A stretch of 64,000 nt of DNA. It comes from Alphaproteobacteria bacterium. GTDB lineage: Bacteria; Pseudomonadota; Alphaproteobacteria; UBA7887. The notes under the pieces were generated by a model. The model did no database searches, was not told where the DNA came from, and worked only from the letters and a program-made list of their open reading frames with translations. This document shows, piece by piece, positions 22,250 through 31,957 of this stretch (position 1 is the stretch's first letter; every line of letters begins with the position of its first letter). The position numbers were made by a program, and so were the translations under genes. The stretch covers positions 4,789,306 to 4,853,305 of the forward strand of contig CBDCGL010000011.1 of the NCBI GenBank assembly GCA_965216755.1. Direction: 5' to 3'.

Positions 22250-24657
22250 CCCAAATATCTCACGAGTGTGTTGATCGTGAGCGCAGTAGGCAGGACGAGC
22301 TGGGTCGGGGCAATCACAGGTGACGAAGACCAGCGGGGCCGTGGCACCTTTGGTGTGGTTTCGACCAGAGCTGCGGTGTCCTGGTTGCGGGAAGAGATCA
22401 GGGCGCGGTTTACGCGATCATCGACACAAGCGCATGTGGGCAAGTGTGAACTCGCTGGCGTAAGAACAGGCTGACTCCATAGCGACGCGGATGCGTCGGA
22501 CACTGACCCGGACTTGGGCGCCGATCTTCAAAAGTTTGAGGCGAATGCTGGCACAGGAAGCCTTCGCCAGGCGGGTATGTTTGAGGCCGATGCGGCGCAA
22601 TGTGGCAAGCAACACAAAGGCCATGGATGCAAACCAAAGGCGGAGCTGGTTGGCTTTCATGGTCGCCGCTGAGGTCCGGTCGGCAAACAAATGGAGCTGG
22701 CATTCTTTGATCCGGTTTTCCATGTCACGGCGTGCACAATAGAGCTGTTCATAAAGGCTGCGAGCATCACCGGTCTTGGCCGACAGCGAGGTGACAATGA
22801 AGCGTGGATTGGCGCCGCGCTCGCCGTGCCCCGGCATCCACTCCGCCTTGGCGATGACCCGCCGCCGGCGGCTCCAACTGTCCAACGTTGTCCAGGGGAA
22901 ATCGGCGAACCGACGCGCCGCTTCGAGCTTGCCCAGAACCGGGCCCAGAACCGGATCGTAGCGAAGCTCGTCGTGATCGATCACATCTTCATCGCCGAGC
23001 GCAATACCAAACCTCCGTTGCCCAAGCAGCGTTCGGACATCGTGCACAACCCGTTCCGCGATACGACTATCTACGAAGCAATGGGCAAACCGATCGACCA
23101 GTCCAATCGCTTGATCGGTCGCGCCAAGCAACAGAGAACCTGAATTGGCCCCCATTTCGACCGGACAGTCGGCGTAAGCAGGGAGGCTTAGGCATAGCCC
23201 TAAGCATGTGCTTATGTCTGATGACTTTCAGCGGATCGAAGTGATCACAGGAACCGCACGTCGACGGCATTGGTCGGCCCAACAAAAGCTGGCGATTGTC
23301 GAGGAAACGCTTGCGCCTGGTGCGAGTGTTTCGGCTGTCGCCCGACGTCATGGGGTTGGCGCCAATTTAGTGTATCGTTGGCGGCGGTTGATGAAAGAAG
23401 GGGGCGCCGTGGCTGTGGGGGCAGACGAGACGGTGGTCGGCGAAGCGCAGGTCAAGAAGCTTGAGGCACAAGTACGTGAACTCGAGCGCTTGCTTGGCAA
23501 GAAGACCATGGAGGTGGAAATCCTGCGCGAGGCCCTTGAGCGGTCGCGGGCAAAAAAACCGATCTTGCACGTTGCCTCGCCGCTACGGGGCGATACCCGA
23601 TGAGCGCCGTGGCCAGAACGCTGGGCGTGTCGCGCTCGAACCTGTACGAGCGGACACAGGGGGCCAACCGATCGCGCGGCGCTTATCGCAAACCGGGCGA
23701 CGCGGCCTTGTTGGAACTGATCCGCCGTCTTGTCGATGAACGGCCGACTTACGGCTATCGCCGGATCACGGCCCTGGCGCGCCGAGAGTTAGCGCGCGTC
23801 AACGAACCCCTGCCGAACCACAAGCGCGTCTATCGGCTCATGAAGCGACATGGTTTGTTGCTGCGCAAATCGTCTGGACGTCGTGACGGCCGTGTCCATG
23901 ACGGCAAAGTCGTCGTCATGAGTTCGAACTTGCGATGGTGCTCGGACGGCTTTGAGTTCGCGTGTTGGAACGGTGACATTGTCCGCGCCGCGTTTGTCAT
24001 TGATGCTCACGATCGGGAGTTGATCGCCCATGTCGCCGTTTCCGGCCGGGGCATCAGCGGTTCGGACGTGCGCGACATGATGCTCGAAGCGGTTGAAACA
24101 CGGTTCGCGACACTGTCCGCGCCGCGGCGGATCGAATTCCTGTCCGACAACGGATCACCCTACACCGCCAAGGACACGCGCGACTTTGCCATGGCGCTCA
24201 ATTTGGAACCATGTTTCACGCCGGTCGCCAGTCCTGAAAGCAACGGCCTTGCCGAGGCTTTTGTGAAAACCATCAAGCGCGATTATGTCCGGGTCAATCA
24301 GATCCCGGACGCCAAAACCGCGCTTGAACAAATCACCGGATGGTTCGAGGATTACAACGACAATCATCCACATTCCGGGCTCAAATGGAGATCGCCCCGC
24401 GAATTCCGAGGAGCCCAAAACACATAGCCGGGTGTCCGATCAAACGGGGGCAACACCAGAACCGGCATCTGAGGTGATGGCGCCACCATCGAAATGCGCG
24501 ACCACACGGCGTCCATCAACGCGTGTAAAAACCATCGATTTCGGGGTACACTCTGTCGGCATTGGGGCGTTCCTCTGAGTTGGTTTAAGCCTTTCTTCCA
24601 AAAGAACTTTTCCATACTCAGTGCACCCATGCACTCATTTCTCGTGACATATCCGGG
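22250..24657 (-). mobile_element. IS1380-family copy 3 (both IRs, internal deletion, interrupted by IS3)
   Basis: IRs cccaaatatctcacgag at 22250 and ctcgtgacatatccggg ending 24657. Confidence 0.9.
23141..24458 (+). mobile_element. Apparently intact IS3-family (IS2-like) element; orfA 23214-23603, orfB 23600-24427
   Basis: TG...CA ends with IRs, 5-bp TSD GAACC (23136-40, 24459-63), A7 slippery site at 23552-58, DDE motifs WCSDG, SDNGS, SNGLAEAF. Confidence 0.93.
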
Positions 24658-24707
24658 TTAGAGTTGGCGTTTGCTGTCGCGGCAAGGGTGGTCCTATCGC
24701 GGTGCGC

Positions 24708-25202
24708 TCATTGATGGTCACCGTGATCCATCGGTCCTTCTGTCGCCCCAACGGCCATAATCATGGCTTCCACGGTGACATCACCGGCCTTCTCAAACGT
24801 CAATGAAACGGAGACTTTTTCACCTTCCACCAACGGCCCTTCAAGGCTCATCAGCATAATGTGGTCTCCGCCCGGCGCCAAAGTCGTCGTTGTGCCACTC
24901 GGCAGGTCTACGGCGTCAATTGCTTCCATGCGCATGATGTCTCCATCGCGGATATGGGTATGCAATTCAGCACGCACCGCGGCCGTTGTTTGAACGCCAA
25001 CAAGTCGGTCGATTTCGGCACCTGAGTTTGTGATCGTCAAATAGGCGGCTCCGTTTTGGGCCGCGCCGGCGCTCGCGCGCGCCCAAGGATTGGAAACCAT
25101 CAAGCCTTCAACCATTTTGTCTTCGGCATAACTTGCACCAGACATGGACACCAGCCCGAATGTGATTAAGCCGAAAAAGGATCGTCTTGCCAGAATCATC
25201 AT
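24708..25202 (-). CDS. Copper chaperone PCu(A)C
   Basis: WARAS, GAAYLTITN, ELHTH..MRM..PGGDHIML; AGGAG RBS; His-rich tail. Confidence 0.92.
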   Translation of the reverse strand: MMILARRSFFGLITFGLVSMSGASYAEDKMVEGLMVSNPWARASAGAAQNGAAYLTITNSGAEIDRLVGVQTTAAVRAELHTHIRDGDIMRMEAIDAVDLPSGTTTTLAPGGDHIMLMSLEGPLVEGEKVSVSLTFEKAGDVTVEAMIMAVGATEGPMDHGDHQ

Positions 25203-25233
25203 ATCTTCTCTCCTTACTTCTTGTTCTTCGTCG

Positions 25234-26803
25234 TCAAGACACACGTATTGCTAACCGATCAAAAGGCGCCAATCGGATTCTAGTTGCGATCCATTGAGGT
25301 CTTGATAGATCGGGACGCCCAGTTCTAGGGCGACACGGTGACCACCCAGTGCACTTGACTGACCAACAAGATTGAATCCCGCTAACATATCGATGCGATC
25401 GCAGCCTTGGGATTTCGGGTCGGCTGTTTGAACCGGTGCTGTGATTCGTGGATCTCGGCCATCGATCTGACTGACTTTCTGGCTCTTGACGCGTATCGGT
25501 GTGCTGATCCAGTCGGTCCAAAGGTAGCTCGCCCATGCCGTCAAATCATGTCGGTTACCAAGCGTATAGCTGGCATCGTTTTTTGCCGAGGCGGACAACA
25601 GCGGCATATTGAACGCCCCATCCAATTTGTCCCTTCCGAGCGGTGTAGGTCGCCCCTGGTAGAAGGTCAAAGGTGCTGGAGCCCAGGTGCATTGGATAGG
25701 GGAGCGTAAGGACGGGGCGTGTGTTCATGGGCGCTAGAGTGCTTTCCGACCACATTGAATCAATTCTGTTTGCGATCTGGCGCGGCGGTCCACACGAAGG
25801 GCGACGCAGCGCGATGCTCGTGTCCCGAAACCGCAGTTCGTCACGTCTGACCCCAGGCACCGTACGAACTTCGGTTTCGTCAGGACACGAGCCGAATATT
25901 TGGATCTCGTGCGGTTCACGGATCGGACGTTCGCTCTAGTGCTCGCTGCGAGATCAAGCGAACGTCCAATCCACCGCACGAGCGCATCGGGCAAGTCCGC
26001 CGACCAATGTGGTCGTCCACATGGATTCCCATTGGGGGACGCCCGCCGGTCGCAAACCCGCAGGGGCGGGCGCTTTTGTGACAATCTCGACGGCGATGTC
26101 CTTCGCCGTATGCCCGATACGGCCTGCGGACATCGACTTGATCTTGTCACAAAATCGCTCCGGCAGAATGGTTCAATATGGTCGGAAAGTGCTCTAGGAC
26201 ATCGTCCGACTCATCAATTGAACCGGTGGGTAAGCTCAGCCCAGCTGTCGCATGAATGTGGTGCGTGCCATCGTCATACAGACTGAGCAATCCGGTCATT
26301 CGAATGTCGCCGGCGCCAGACGACTTTGTCGAGAACTTCCCGACGCGTGTCGCGCCGACCACGCCTTGGAACGTGACGTGGTTCATTTTCCGCACTTGGT
26401 ACGACCCCATCCCCATCTGAGTTAACCAGTCCGTTGGCGCGTGCATTGCACCGAACATATGCATGTCGGTTGTCATCTCGGTTGGGACAACACGCAAGGT
26501 TGGCGGACCCGGGTTTAGGTTGGGGCGTGCTGTTGCGATCGTCTCAGGCGTGACGCCGTCGGTGCCGAGACGGTTTCCTTCCATAGCCATGTGCATAAAG
26601 CGATCGGACAGCATCCATTCACCGGCCGCATGCACATGGTCGCCCATAACACCGATTGGCGCATGTCCGTCAGCGCGGATCCCGGCATGATCACCCGATA
26701 CGGTCAACCTACCTTCGTCCGACAAAACCTCTTCGGCAGGCACAGGCGCGCGCACTAGGGCCGCGATGCCAAGCGGGACAAACAGAGTTTTCTTGGTCGG
26801 CAT
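25234..26803 (-). pseudogene. His/Met-rich outer-membrane beta-barrel 'transporter', disrupted
   Basis: HAPIGVMGDHVHAAGEWMLS..MHMAMEG N-terminus; reading frame resumes after the insertion (SDDVL|APMNTRPVLTLPYPMHLGS); further frameshift in a T6/A6 run near 25580 and a premature stop at 25251. Confidence 0.8.
25738..26193. mobile_element. 456-bp non-coding MITE-like insertion
   Basis: Flanked by a CTAG duplication (25734-37, 26194-97); about 30-bp imperfect TIRs agtgctttccgaccacattgaatcaattctg / rc agcactttccgaccatattgaaccattctg. Confidence 0.85.
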
Positions 26804-26935
26804 CGTAGGCAAACTCCAAACGCGCAACGGATCGCATGCGACCGCCGACGCTCATATCAATAGTTCAACCTGTCAGCACGCTCCATCGCGAGCCGCAGGC
26901 CAAAATGCAAAATGAGAGAGGTGGTAGTTAAGGCG

Positions 26936-27361
26936 CTATACGGCCTTTGGTGGTCCGCGGCTGCGCACGGCAGGAACCGCCGAGCCGACAATGCGCATAT
27001 TAATGGTTAGTGAGCTCGCGCAACGAAGATCAAATACCAGAAGCGCCGAAACGCACGCCCTGCTGGCCAGAGCGAGGTTCTCACAGGTCGTTGGGCATGC
27101 TTTGCACGGATCAAACTGCGATCGAGATGGTGATTCATTCTTCGAACCGTCCGTCCCAGAAATGTCTGCAAGCCACAGAACGCCGTCCGGTGCGCAGACA
27201 ACAATGGTGCCAAGATCCGGCGCATCCTCGCCAGCGCCAGCATGTGCCGCGTGCTGAGATGTCGCGGCGTGACCAAACCCGACGAGCAAATGCGCAACAA
27301 TTGCCCAGAATGTCAGGGCGGTGCCAAAGCGGGTCTTGCTGAGTCGAACGCCGGGGAACAT
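26936..27361 (-). CDS. DUF2946 family protein (CruR/CutF-like copper-responsive leader)
   Basis: Hydrophobic N-terminus, IVVCAPDG, CKAC, C-terminal RSRGPP; upstream of copper genes. Confidence 0.8.
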   Translation of the reverse strand: MFPGVRLSKTRFGTALTFWAIVAHLLVGFGHAATSQHAAHAGAGEDAPDLGTIVVCAPDGVLWLADISGTDGSKNESPSRSQFDPCKACPTTCENLALASRACVSALLVFDLRCASSLTINMRIVGSAVPAVRSRGPPKAV

Positions 27362-27484
27362 GAGCGCGTAAAACAATCCCTTAACAATTGTCCGGTCACC
27401 GTAGCGCGCCGGCGAAGGCATTGTCTAGAGTGCAATTGTCGCCTGCCGGATACGACAAATATGGCCTTTGCTATTGCACCATAC

Positions 27485-27508
27485 CGATGTATTTTATCGA
27501 ATATAACG
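27485..27508. promoter_or_regulatory. ModE-type operator
   Basis: CGATGTAT-N8-ATATAACG 23 bp before the modA start. Confidence 0.7.
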
Positions 27509-27531
27509 CTATGTTGCGTTAAGAGGCAGAT

Positions 27532-28326
27532 ATGATGTATCCGAAATCGCGTGCCGTCCGATTTGCTCTCTGTGGGGCTGTATTGCTATGGCTGGGGTGC
27601 GCATTGGATCGCCCGGCCGCGGCGCAGGCAGGGGATATTTTGGTGTTTGCGGCGGCGAGTTTGAAAAATGCACTTGACGCTGCGACAAGTACTTGGAGTT
27701 CCGATGGCGATACCAATGTACGCATCGTGTATGCGGGAAGTTCGACGCTAGCAAAGCAGATTGAGCAGGGCGCGCCGGCTGACATTTTCGTCTCCGCAAA
27801 TTTGCAGTGGATGGACTATTTGGCGGCGAATGGCCTGATCGATCCGGCAACTAGATCGAACGTTGCGGCCAACCGCCTGGTTCTGATCGCCCCCCAGGAA
27901 AGCCGTACCGAAATGAAGATCGTACCAGGGTTTGATTTGGTCGGGGCGTTGGATGAGGGGCGACTGGCGATGGCCAACACTGCTGCTGTGCCCGCCGGCA
28001 TATATGGGCGGAGCGCGCTCACATCGCTTGGCGTATGGGAAACTGTTAAAGGGCGCATTGCTCAAACGCCGGATGTTCGGGCCGCGCTTGCTCTGGTTTC
28101 GCGGGGGGAAGCGCCGCTGGGTATCGTTTACGAGAGCGATGCCAATGCGGACGCGAACGTCAGGACTATCGGTATCTTTCCCGAAGATTCCCACGCACCA
28201 ATCATTTATCCGGTTGCTGTGGTTTCAGAGTCGAAGAGCACGCTGGCGCATTCTTTAGTGGACTATCTTCGATCAGATGGCGCTGCAGAGTTCTTTGAAG
28301 AGCAGGGCTTTTCGGTGCCACGGTAA
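27532..28326 (+). CDS. modA: Molybdate ABC binding protein
   Basis: VFAAASL, AGSSTLAKQI, VPAGIY, DVRAAL, IVYESD. Confidence 0.95.
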   Translation: MMYPKSRAVRFALCGAVLLWLGCALDRPAAAQAGDILVFAAASLKNALDAATSTWSSDGDTNVRIVYAGSSTLAKQIEQGAPADIFVSANLQWMDYLAANGLIDPATRSNVAANRLVLIAPQESRTEMKIVPGFDLVGALDEGRLAMANTAAVPAGIYGRSALTSLGVWETVKGRIAQTPDVRAALALVSRGEAPLGIVYESDANADANVRTIGIFPEDSHAPIIYPVAVVSESKSTLAHSLVDYLRSDGAAEFFEEQGFSVPR

Positions 28327-28439
28327 TTGATAGAGTATGCAAGTGCATTCGTCTGTTTGTAATCTGCCGGTCCCGCTATTGGGCGGCAGCTCGTCAAGCC
28401 GTTTTGTCGAGCATTTGGTAAGTTCGACCGCGGTGCCGA

Positions 28440-29144
28440 ATGACGGCTTGGCTTAGTCTTTCGCCTGAGGAATGGACGGCCGTGCGCCTGTCGGTCCGCA
28501 TAGCTTTTTGGGCCACATTGTGGAGCTTGCCCTTCGGTATTCTCACGGCAACGGTTTTGGCGCGTGGACGGTTTTGGGGGAAGGCGCTGGTGGATGGGGT
28601 GGTGCACCTGCCGCTTATTCTGCCACCCGTGGTGACGGGGTACCTGCTTTTGATTCTGTTCGGCCGCCGCGGACCAATCGGCGGGTTTCTTGACGACCAC
28701 CTCGGCATCGTCCTCGCATTTCGCTGGACAGGCGCTGCACTTGCGTGCGCCATTATGGGCTTTCCGCTGATGGTCCGCGCGATCCGCCTCTCGGTCGAGA
28801 CCATCGATAGCAGGTTGGAGCAAGCCGCGGGAACTCTTGGCGCGGGTCCGATTTGGGTGTTTGTCACGATTACGCTGCCGCTGATGCTACCGGGTATCAT
28901 AGCCGGCATGATCCTCAGCTTCGCGCGCGCCATGGGTGAATTTGGTGCGACAATTACATTCGTTTCGAATATTCCGGGCGAGACACAAAGCTTACCACTG
29001 GCAATTTACACTTTTACTCAGATACCTGGAGGCGATGCGCAAGCGTTGAGGTTGACGGTTATTGCGGTGATTGTGTCGCTGGCCGCTCTGCTGCTATCGA
29101 GCTTGATGGCCGCGCGCGTGAGCAAACGGCTAGGCGCCCCATGA
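28440..29144 (+). CDS. modB: Molybdate ABC permease
   Basis: HLPLILPPVVTGY, FARAMGEFGAT. Confidence 0.95.
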   Translation: MTAWLSLSPEEWTAVRLSVRIAFWATLWSLPFGILTATVLARGRFWGKALVDGVVHLPLILPPVVTGYLLLILFGRRGPIGGFLDDHLGIVLAFRWTGAALACAIMGFPLMVRAIRLSVETIDSRLEQAAGTLGAGPIWVFVTITLPLMLPGIIAGMILSFARAMGEFGATITFVSNIPGETQSLPLAIYTFTQIPGGDAQALRLTVIAVIVSLAALLLSSLMAARVSKRLGAP

Positions 29145-30274
29145 GTGTTACCGTCGACGTTCGCCATCGCCAGGGCAATTTCACACTAAGTACCGCATTC
29201 GCGAGCGAAGGTCGGCTGACGGTGTTGTTTGGACGTTCTGGCGCGGGCAAAACGTCACTTGTCAACATCATCGGTGGCTTGGTCCGGCCCGACCAAGGGC
29301 GTGTCATCGTCGATGGCATCACCTTGGTTGACACGGAGCAAAGGGTCTTTGTGCCACCTCGCAAGCGCAGGCTGGGGTATGTCTTCCAAGAGGGACGGCT
29401 TTTTCCGCATCTGAACGTGCGCCACAATCTTCTGTACGGTCGGTGGTTTACGGATCGTGGCGAACGCTATGTCGATCTCGATCAAGTTGTGTCCTTGTTG
29501 GGCATCGACCGTTTGCTCGCGCGACGACCGGCGCAATTGTCCGGGGGCGAGAAACAACGCGTGGCGATTGGCAGGGCCCTGTTAGCCAATCCGCGGCTGC
29601 TGCTAATGGATGAGCCGTTGGCGTCACTTGACGAGCAGCGGAAAGCAGAGATTTTGCCATACATAGAGCGCCTACGGGATGAGACCAAAATCCCCATTGT
29701 GTACGTTAGCCATTCAGTGCCGGAAGTCACGCGTTTAGCTACGACAATTGTAGTCCTATCAGATGGTAAGGCAATTGCAGTTGGGACGACACGCGATGTT
29801 ATGAGTCGTGTCGATCTATTCCCGACCACTGGTCGCGCCGAAGCCGGGTCTGTACTTGAAGCCCAAGTCCAAGGCCAGGATGAGGTCTTCGAGCTGACCC
29901 GTTTGCGATGTGCCGCCGGGGAATTGACTGTTCCCCGACTTGATTTGGCTGTCGGAACGCCGGTTCGAGTCCGAGTCCGTGCCCGAGATGTCATGTTGGC
30001 CCTGGACCCACCAGACCGGTTGAGCGCCTTGAACGTATTGCATGCGATCATTTCGAAGATCGGTGCAAGCCATGGCCCGATCGTTACGGTTGGCCTTGAC
30101 TGTAGCGGTGAAGCGCTGACCGCGCGTTTGACTCGACGGTCCGTCGAAAAGCTCGACCTGGCGCCAGGCAAGCCAGTCTACGCCGTCATCAAGTCGATTG
30201 CGTTCGACTATCGCAGCTTAAGCAAAGCGCCGGATCTGGAACGTACCGCGGACATCGGGACGACCATGACCTGA
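29141..30274 (+). CDS. modC: Molybdate ABC ATPase with TOBE domain
   Basis: GRSGAGKT, LSGGEKQR, SALNVL, VYAVIKS. Confidence 0.95.
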   Translation: MSVTVDVRHRQGNFTLSTAFASEGRLTVLFGRSGAGKTSLVNIIGGLVRPDQGRVIVDGITLVDTEQRVFVPPRKRRLGYVFQEGRLFPHLNVRHNLLYGRWFTDRGERYVDLDQVVSLLGIDRLLARRPAQLSGGEKQRVAIGRALLANPRLLLMDEPLASLDEQRKAEILPYIERLRDETKIPIVYVSHSVPEVTRLATTIVVLSDGKAIAVGTTRDVMSRVDLFPTTGRAEAGSVLEAQVQGQDEVFELTRLRCAAGELTVPRLDLAVGTPVRVRVRARDVMLALDPPDRLSALNVLHAIISKIGASHGPIVTVGLDCSGEALTARLTRRSVEKLDLAPGKPVYAVIKSIAFDYRSLSKAPDLERTADIGTTMT

Positions 30275-30382
30275 TTGTGGCGATTGCCAGGCGGGCCAGC
30301 TGAGATAGGGGTGTAGATCGAACTCTTCTTTGCGCGTGAGCGTGAAGGGGATTTCGGTGCCAAAAATGCCGAGACAGCGGAC

Positions 30383-30613
30383 CTAAGCGGACTTCCGTAT
30401 CGTAGCAGTATATGTTTCGGCATCTTTTTCAAGCCTGAGCAACTCGTGCCCCGTCCGCCGACACCAAGATTCGACGTCTGGCGGAAACGCTGGGTCGCTC
30501 GCCAGCACGCGAAGTTCATCTCCCGCTTCGATATCCTGGATCTCTCGCATCAGTTGAACAATTGGAGCGGGACATTTCAGCCCAAGCAGGTCGACATGCT
30601 TCGTTTTTTGCAT
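30383..30613 (-). CDS. tusA: TusA/SirA sulfur carrier
   Basis: DLLGLKCPAP, SDPAFPPDVESWC. Confidence 0.9.
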   Translation of the reverse strand: MQKTKHVDLLGLKCPAPIVQLMREIQDIEAGDELRVLASDPAFPPDVESWCRRTGHELLRLEKDAETYTATIRKSA

Positions 30614-30635
30614 CAGAGCGGCTCGGTCGTGCGGG

Positions 30636-31223
30636 TTAAACAAATAGAGTCGTATTCGCTTCGGATGCGTGTTCCAAGAATTTGGCGACGCCACAGATCT
30701 CCATGCTCGGGAGCTCGATCAGCTCGTCAGTGGTGATCCCCATAAGGTTCATGGACATCTCACAAACTTGGAAGGCCACGCCACAATCTTTCGCCATATC
30801 GATGAGCGTCGGCAGGTCCGAGATGTTCTTCGTTCTCATTTCGCGGCGCAACATTGCGCGTCCCATGCCAAACATGTCCAGTTGTGACAGGCGCCTGCGA
30901 TGCAATCCGCCGGGGAGCATGGTGCCAAACATGCGTTCGACGAGCGATTTGCCAGCGCTTTGTGGACCGCTCTTCTTCAGGGCCGCGGTTCCCCAGAAAG
31001 TGAAGAACATGTGGACCTTCATGCCGCACGCCCCGGCACCGACGGCGATGACGAATGCGGCCAGCATTTTGTCGAGATCGCCGCTGAACACCACCATATT
31101 GAGTGTGTCCTTGTCAGGGTTTGTGGCGACTTTGTTCTCCAAGGACGCCAAGCGCGCTTGCAGGTCCGCCAGGGAGCTGGATGTCGCGCCGCTCTCTAAA
31201 GTCGTCGTAAGTGTCACAATCAC
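30636..31223 (-). CDS. DsrE2/DrsE-like sulfurtransferase
   Basis: VFSGDLDK, FFTFWG, CEMSMNLMG, GVAKFL..TLFV. Confidence 0.88.
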   Translation of the reverse strand: MIVTLTTTLESGATSSSLADLQARLASLENKVATNPDKDTLNMVVFSGDLDKMLAAFVIAVGAGACGMKVHMFFTFWGTAALKKSGPQSAGKSLVERMFGTMLPGGLHRRRLSQLDMFGMGRAMLRREMRTKNISDLPTLIDMAKDCGVAFQVCEMSMNLMGITTDELIELPSMEICGVAKFLEHASEANTTLFV

Positions 31224-31516
31224 GCCTCTAATGCTTTTTGTCGGCTGAGTTTGACTCAGAAGACATATACTTCGGTGTAGGGATTAGCCCAGACGAGTCG
31301 GCTGCTTGAACAAAGATTCTGGCGAATACGAGCAATGTGGCATTGCAATTCGCGCATGCGCAAAGTCACTCGAATTCGTTGGAAATTTTTCAAAACTTGC
31401 AACTGATATCTCATCGATGCATTTCGTATATGTATAGGGTCAATGCAATTAATGAAATCTTTCTAATAACGCCGTTCAAGACGCGCCGGTTGACTGCGGC
31501 ACAGCGTGTCGCCGTC

Positions 31517-31620
31517 GATCAATCTTCGTTTAATCGGAGTCGTCTGAGGGAAGTCTGTTTGATCGATACGAGATAAATAGAGCCTATCAGGCGAACGTAT
31601 GTGAGCGTGACATGCAGTAG
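31517..31620 (-). repeat. About 105-bp dispersed palindromic repeat, degenerate copy
   Basis: Aligns by eye with the reverse complement of 36543-36648. Confidence 0.8.
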
Positions 31621-31957
31621 TGATGACGTTGGGGATGGCCACGTCCGATTCGTGCCGGTGCCTGTTTGAACCAAATTCAGACCCGGGTTGGCGCCAGCAG
31701 ACCCAGAGCCTCACCGCATCACGAAACACACAAAATGACGAGGGGTCCAACCGCTGGCATTACGCCGAGGTTGCCGTGAGTTGGCTGGCGGCGGCCGGTT
31801 GGACCGGGCAAGTCGCGCATGAATCGATGCTAATTAATTTGTTACCAATAGATTTCAATCCCGCAACGGCAGGGGCGGTGCAAAGCTTTTCATCACGCGC
31901 CTATCGGTGTGCCCGAGCCCGATTCTTGGATAGCTGTTCCAAGCGCGTATTGAGCGC

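Noticed and set aside
25734-26286. ORFs inside the MITE
   Set aside because: Arg/Ser-rich without motifs or RBS; explained by palindromic non-coding DNA
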